NCBI GenBank assembly: GCA_046754465.1
Contig: JBHHVU010000063.1
Coordinates: forward strand, 1-17,439
DNA from: Nitrospinaceae bacterium
GTDB taxonomy: Bacteria > Nitrospinota > Nitrospinia > Nitrospinales > VA-1
Direction: 5' to 3'
DNA: 17,439 bases
The notes under the pieces were generated by a model. It was not told the origin of the DNA, ran no database searches, and saw only the letters and a program-made list of their open reading frames with translations. Shown here piece by piece: positions 15,644 to 17,439 of this stretch. How positions within the stretch are numbered: position 1 is the stretch's first letter; the number at the start of each line of letters is the position of its first letter. Position numbers and translations under genes: made by a program.

Positions 15644-17177
15644 ATATTTCCTGGTCCGAATCGGCATTTCCCTTTTCCTTTTACTGGGGTTCGGATTTTT
15701 CGTGCTGTATTTCATCCACGAAATCGCCTTGCCCCAGGTCGAGTTCGACGATGCCTCCATCCAGTGGGCTCTCTTGTTCATTTGCGTTTTTCTCGGATTT
15801 TCCGCTTACGGGCTGATCGGAGAGCAAAGATTCCATAACTCGTTTCACGTGTTGCGGGATATCCGTCCGGACAAAAATCCCGCCCCGATTATCCAACGAT
15901 TCGAGTACCTGCTTTACCTGACCCATTCATCCTATTTCCTGCCGTCGAAGGGACGCCGTTTCCGGGAACAGGTGGTGGGGAAATACGCGGATTATCTTCT
16001 GTTGATGGGAAGGGAAGACTCTGCGGCCCTGAAAATCTACCTCAAAGCCTTTCTCCAGGACCCGAAGGACTCCCGATTCCGGGCTCCCTTGCTGACCCTG
16101 TTGCGCCAGGGCGGAGACTTGTCCGATAAGGAGATCGATCTGTTGCTTGTGATGCTGGCGGCGGAAAATTATCAGGACGATTTTATCACCGATCACCTGA
16201 CCGAGGTGTTTCTTCAGCGGAAAAAGTTCACCGCCAGAACCGAATCCCTGTTCCTGAACGCTCTGCGGAGCGATTCGCCCAGGGGGGAGGAAATCATCCG
16301 TTTCGTGGTTCCTCCATTACTGGCTCACAACCGGACCGATCCCCATGCCCTCCAGTTTTACCTGCATGCCCTGCGTTATTCAATTCCTGGGGCGGAGCGG
16401 ATGCGTGATATCCTGGCCCGCCGCTGGTGCGAGGGGATTCTTGAAGGCATCGATCCGGTTTTGCACGAGAAGTGCGGCCGGGTGTTCCATTCCCTGGAGC
16501 CCGGCCGCCAGGACCGAATCCGTGAAGCGGTGGAAAACAGCACCCTTGGGGGTAAATGGAAAAAGGTCCGTCTCTTTACCCGGGAAGATTCGCGCCAGCT
16601 CGAACACCTGAAGAGGGGACTGGGCATCGACCGGTCCCTATCCCGCCGTCTTGGGGAAGGGGTATTGGGGATCGTCCAACGTCTTGCGGATTGGGGGAGA
16701 CGGGGAGTCCTCCAATCGATCGACGGGTTGATCGCCTTCACCCGTCTGCCGTTGCGGGTCAAGGCGATCACCCTTTCCGTCCTGTTCGTTTTTCTGTTGG
16801 CGGGACTCAGTTACAAAGGGTGGTATGAGCAAAAGTCCGGTCCGTCCGAATCCGGGTCACCTCCCGGCAAGGTCCAACTTCCCCCGCCTGCGTCCCAGAT
16901 TCCCCAGGTGGCCAGGGTGCACACCATACAAGTCGCCGCGGTGACCTCATCCAGCCAGGCGAACAAAATGATCCGCCTTCTTAAAAGGAAGGGGGTGGAC
17001 AGACTCTACATCGTCAAGTCACCCCGTCAGGCCGGGGGCAACTGGTACAAGATCCGGATAGGACGGTTCGAGGGCAAGGAGGAAGCCCTGCGGTTGGCCC
17101 ATCGGTTGATTGAAAAGAAAACCATTAAAAACTACTTTGTGATTTCCATGCCCAGGGAGCCGGACCTGAAAAAATGA
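15624..17177 (+). CDS. Membrane protein with C-terminal SPOR peptidoglycan-binding domain
   Basis: Two N-terminal TMs, a long helical region, a third TM, a Pro-rich linker, then TIQVAAV.....A...I..L...G......WYKIRIGRF..KEEA..LA..L (SPOR pattern). Overlaps the PBP1A stop. Confidence 0.87.
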   Translation: MMLQPLKYFLVRIGISLFLLLGFGFFVLYFIHEIALPQVEFDDASIQWALLFICVFLGFSAYGLIGEQRFHNSFHVLRDIRPDKNPAPIIQRFEYLLYLTHSSYFLPSKGRRFREQVVGKYADYLLLMGREDSAALKIYLKAFLQDPKDSRFRAPLLTLLRQGGDLSDKEIDLLLVMLAAENYQDDFITDHLTEVFLQRKKFTARTESLFLNALRSDSPRGEEIIRFVVPPLLAHNRTDPHALQFYLHALRYSIPGAERMRDILARRWCEGILEGIDPVLHEKCGRVFHSLEPGRQDRIREAVENSTLGGKWKKVRLFTREDSRQLEHLKRGLGIDRSLSRRLGEGVLGIVQRLADWGRRGVLQSIDGLIAFTRLPLRVKAITLSVLFVFLLAGLSYKGWYEQKSGPSESGSPPGKVQLPPPASQIPQVARVHTIQVAAVTSSSQANKMIRLLKRKGVDRLYIVKSPRQAGGNWYKIRIGRFEGKEEALRLAHRLIEKKTIKNYFVISMPREPDLKK

Positions 17178-17208
17178 GAACATCCTCCCCCGCGGGACAG
17201 GCCTTGCT

Positions 17209-17230
17209 CGGCGGGAAGGGCCTTCCGCCG
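17209..17230. terminator. Stem-loop between convergent genes
   Basis: CGGCGG(G)AAG-GGC-CTTCCGCCG inverted repeat with no clear U-tract. Confidence 0.35.
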
Positions 17231-17231
17231 T

Positions 17232-17438
17232 TCATGGGGACGCGATCAGGGTTTTCACGATGTCCAGATAGACATTTTGTTCCGACTGGATGGTGAACCC
17301 CGCTTTTCGGACATTTTCCACCGTATTCCTGTCCAGGTGGGTTCCTTCCAGGGCGTTGGTGAACAAGGACATGAAACGGAGGCTCAAGCCATAGATGGGA
17401 TTTTTACTCAGCACGTGTTCGAACATCAGTAATTTGCC
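17232..17438 (-). CDS. Class I SAM-dependent methyltransferase, C-terminal fragment (truncated by the window edge)
   Basis: The frame is open to the window end: GKLLMFEHVLS......HLDRNTVENVRKAGF, a typical C-terminus of Methyltransf_11/PmtA-like proteins. Confidence 0.72.
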   Translation of the reverse strand, partial: GKLLMFEHVLSKNPIYGLSLRFMSLFTNALEGTHLDRNTVENVRKAGFTIQSEQNVYLDIVKTLIASP

Positions 17439-17439
17439 G

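Noticed and set aside
393..16832. Numerous antisense and alternate-frame ORFs in the track
   Set aside because: They are shadow ORFs of well-supported genes, without recognisable motifs.

Overview
Gene-dense, mostly core-type bacterial chromosomal segment. Gene content and style suggest a Nitrospinota-like organism, but this is an impression from memory and not a database result. From left to right: a 5'-truncated Tat-exported sulfite-oxidase-family molybdoenzyme with a monoheme cytochrome c (SorAB-like); an isolated DppC/OppC-type permease; a hypothetical gene and a DUF1566 protein; an atypical DnaJ translationally coupled to an 83-aa membrane protein whose C-terminus resembles the FliG-binding tail of FliF; two tandem Slp lipoproteins; birA; a 41-aa lipoprotein missed by the ORF track; a helical protein / radical SAM (DUF512-like C-terminus) / small beta-protein cluster; an unknown gene behind an apparently complete sigma54 + IHF + UAS promoter; hemB with a hybrid metal site; a tight four-gene run of XRE regulator with a basic tail, unknown membrane-anchored protein, PBP1A and SPOR protein; and the 3' end of a class I methyltransferase. 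No rRNA, tRNA, CRISPR array or mobile element was recognised. The best candidates for undescribed biology are the mini-FliF-like/DnaJ pair, the radical SAM cluster, the sigma54-controlled unknown gene and the XRE-PBP1A-SPOR operon.
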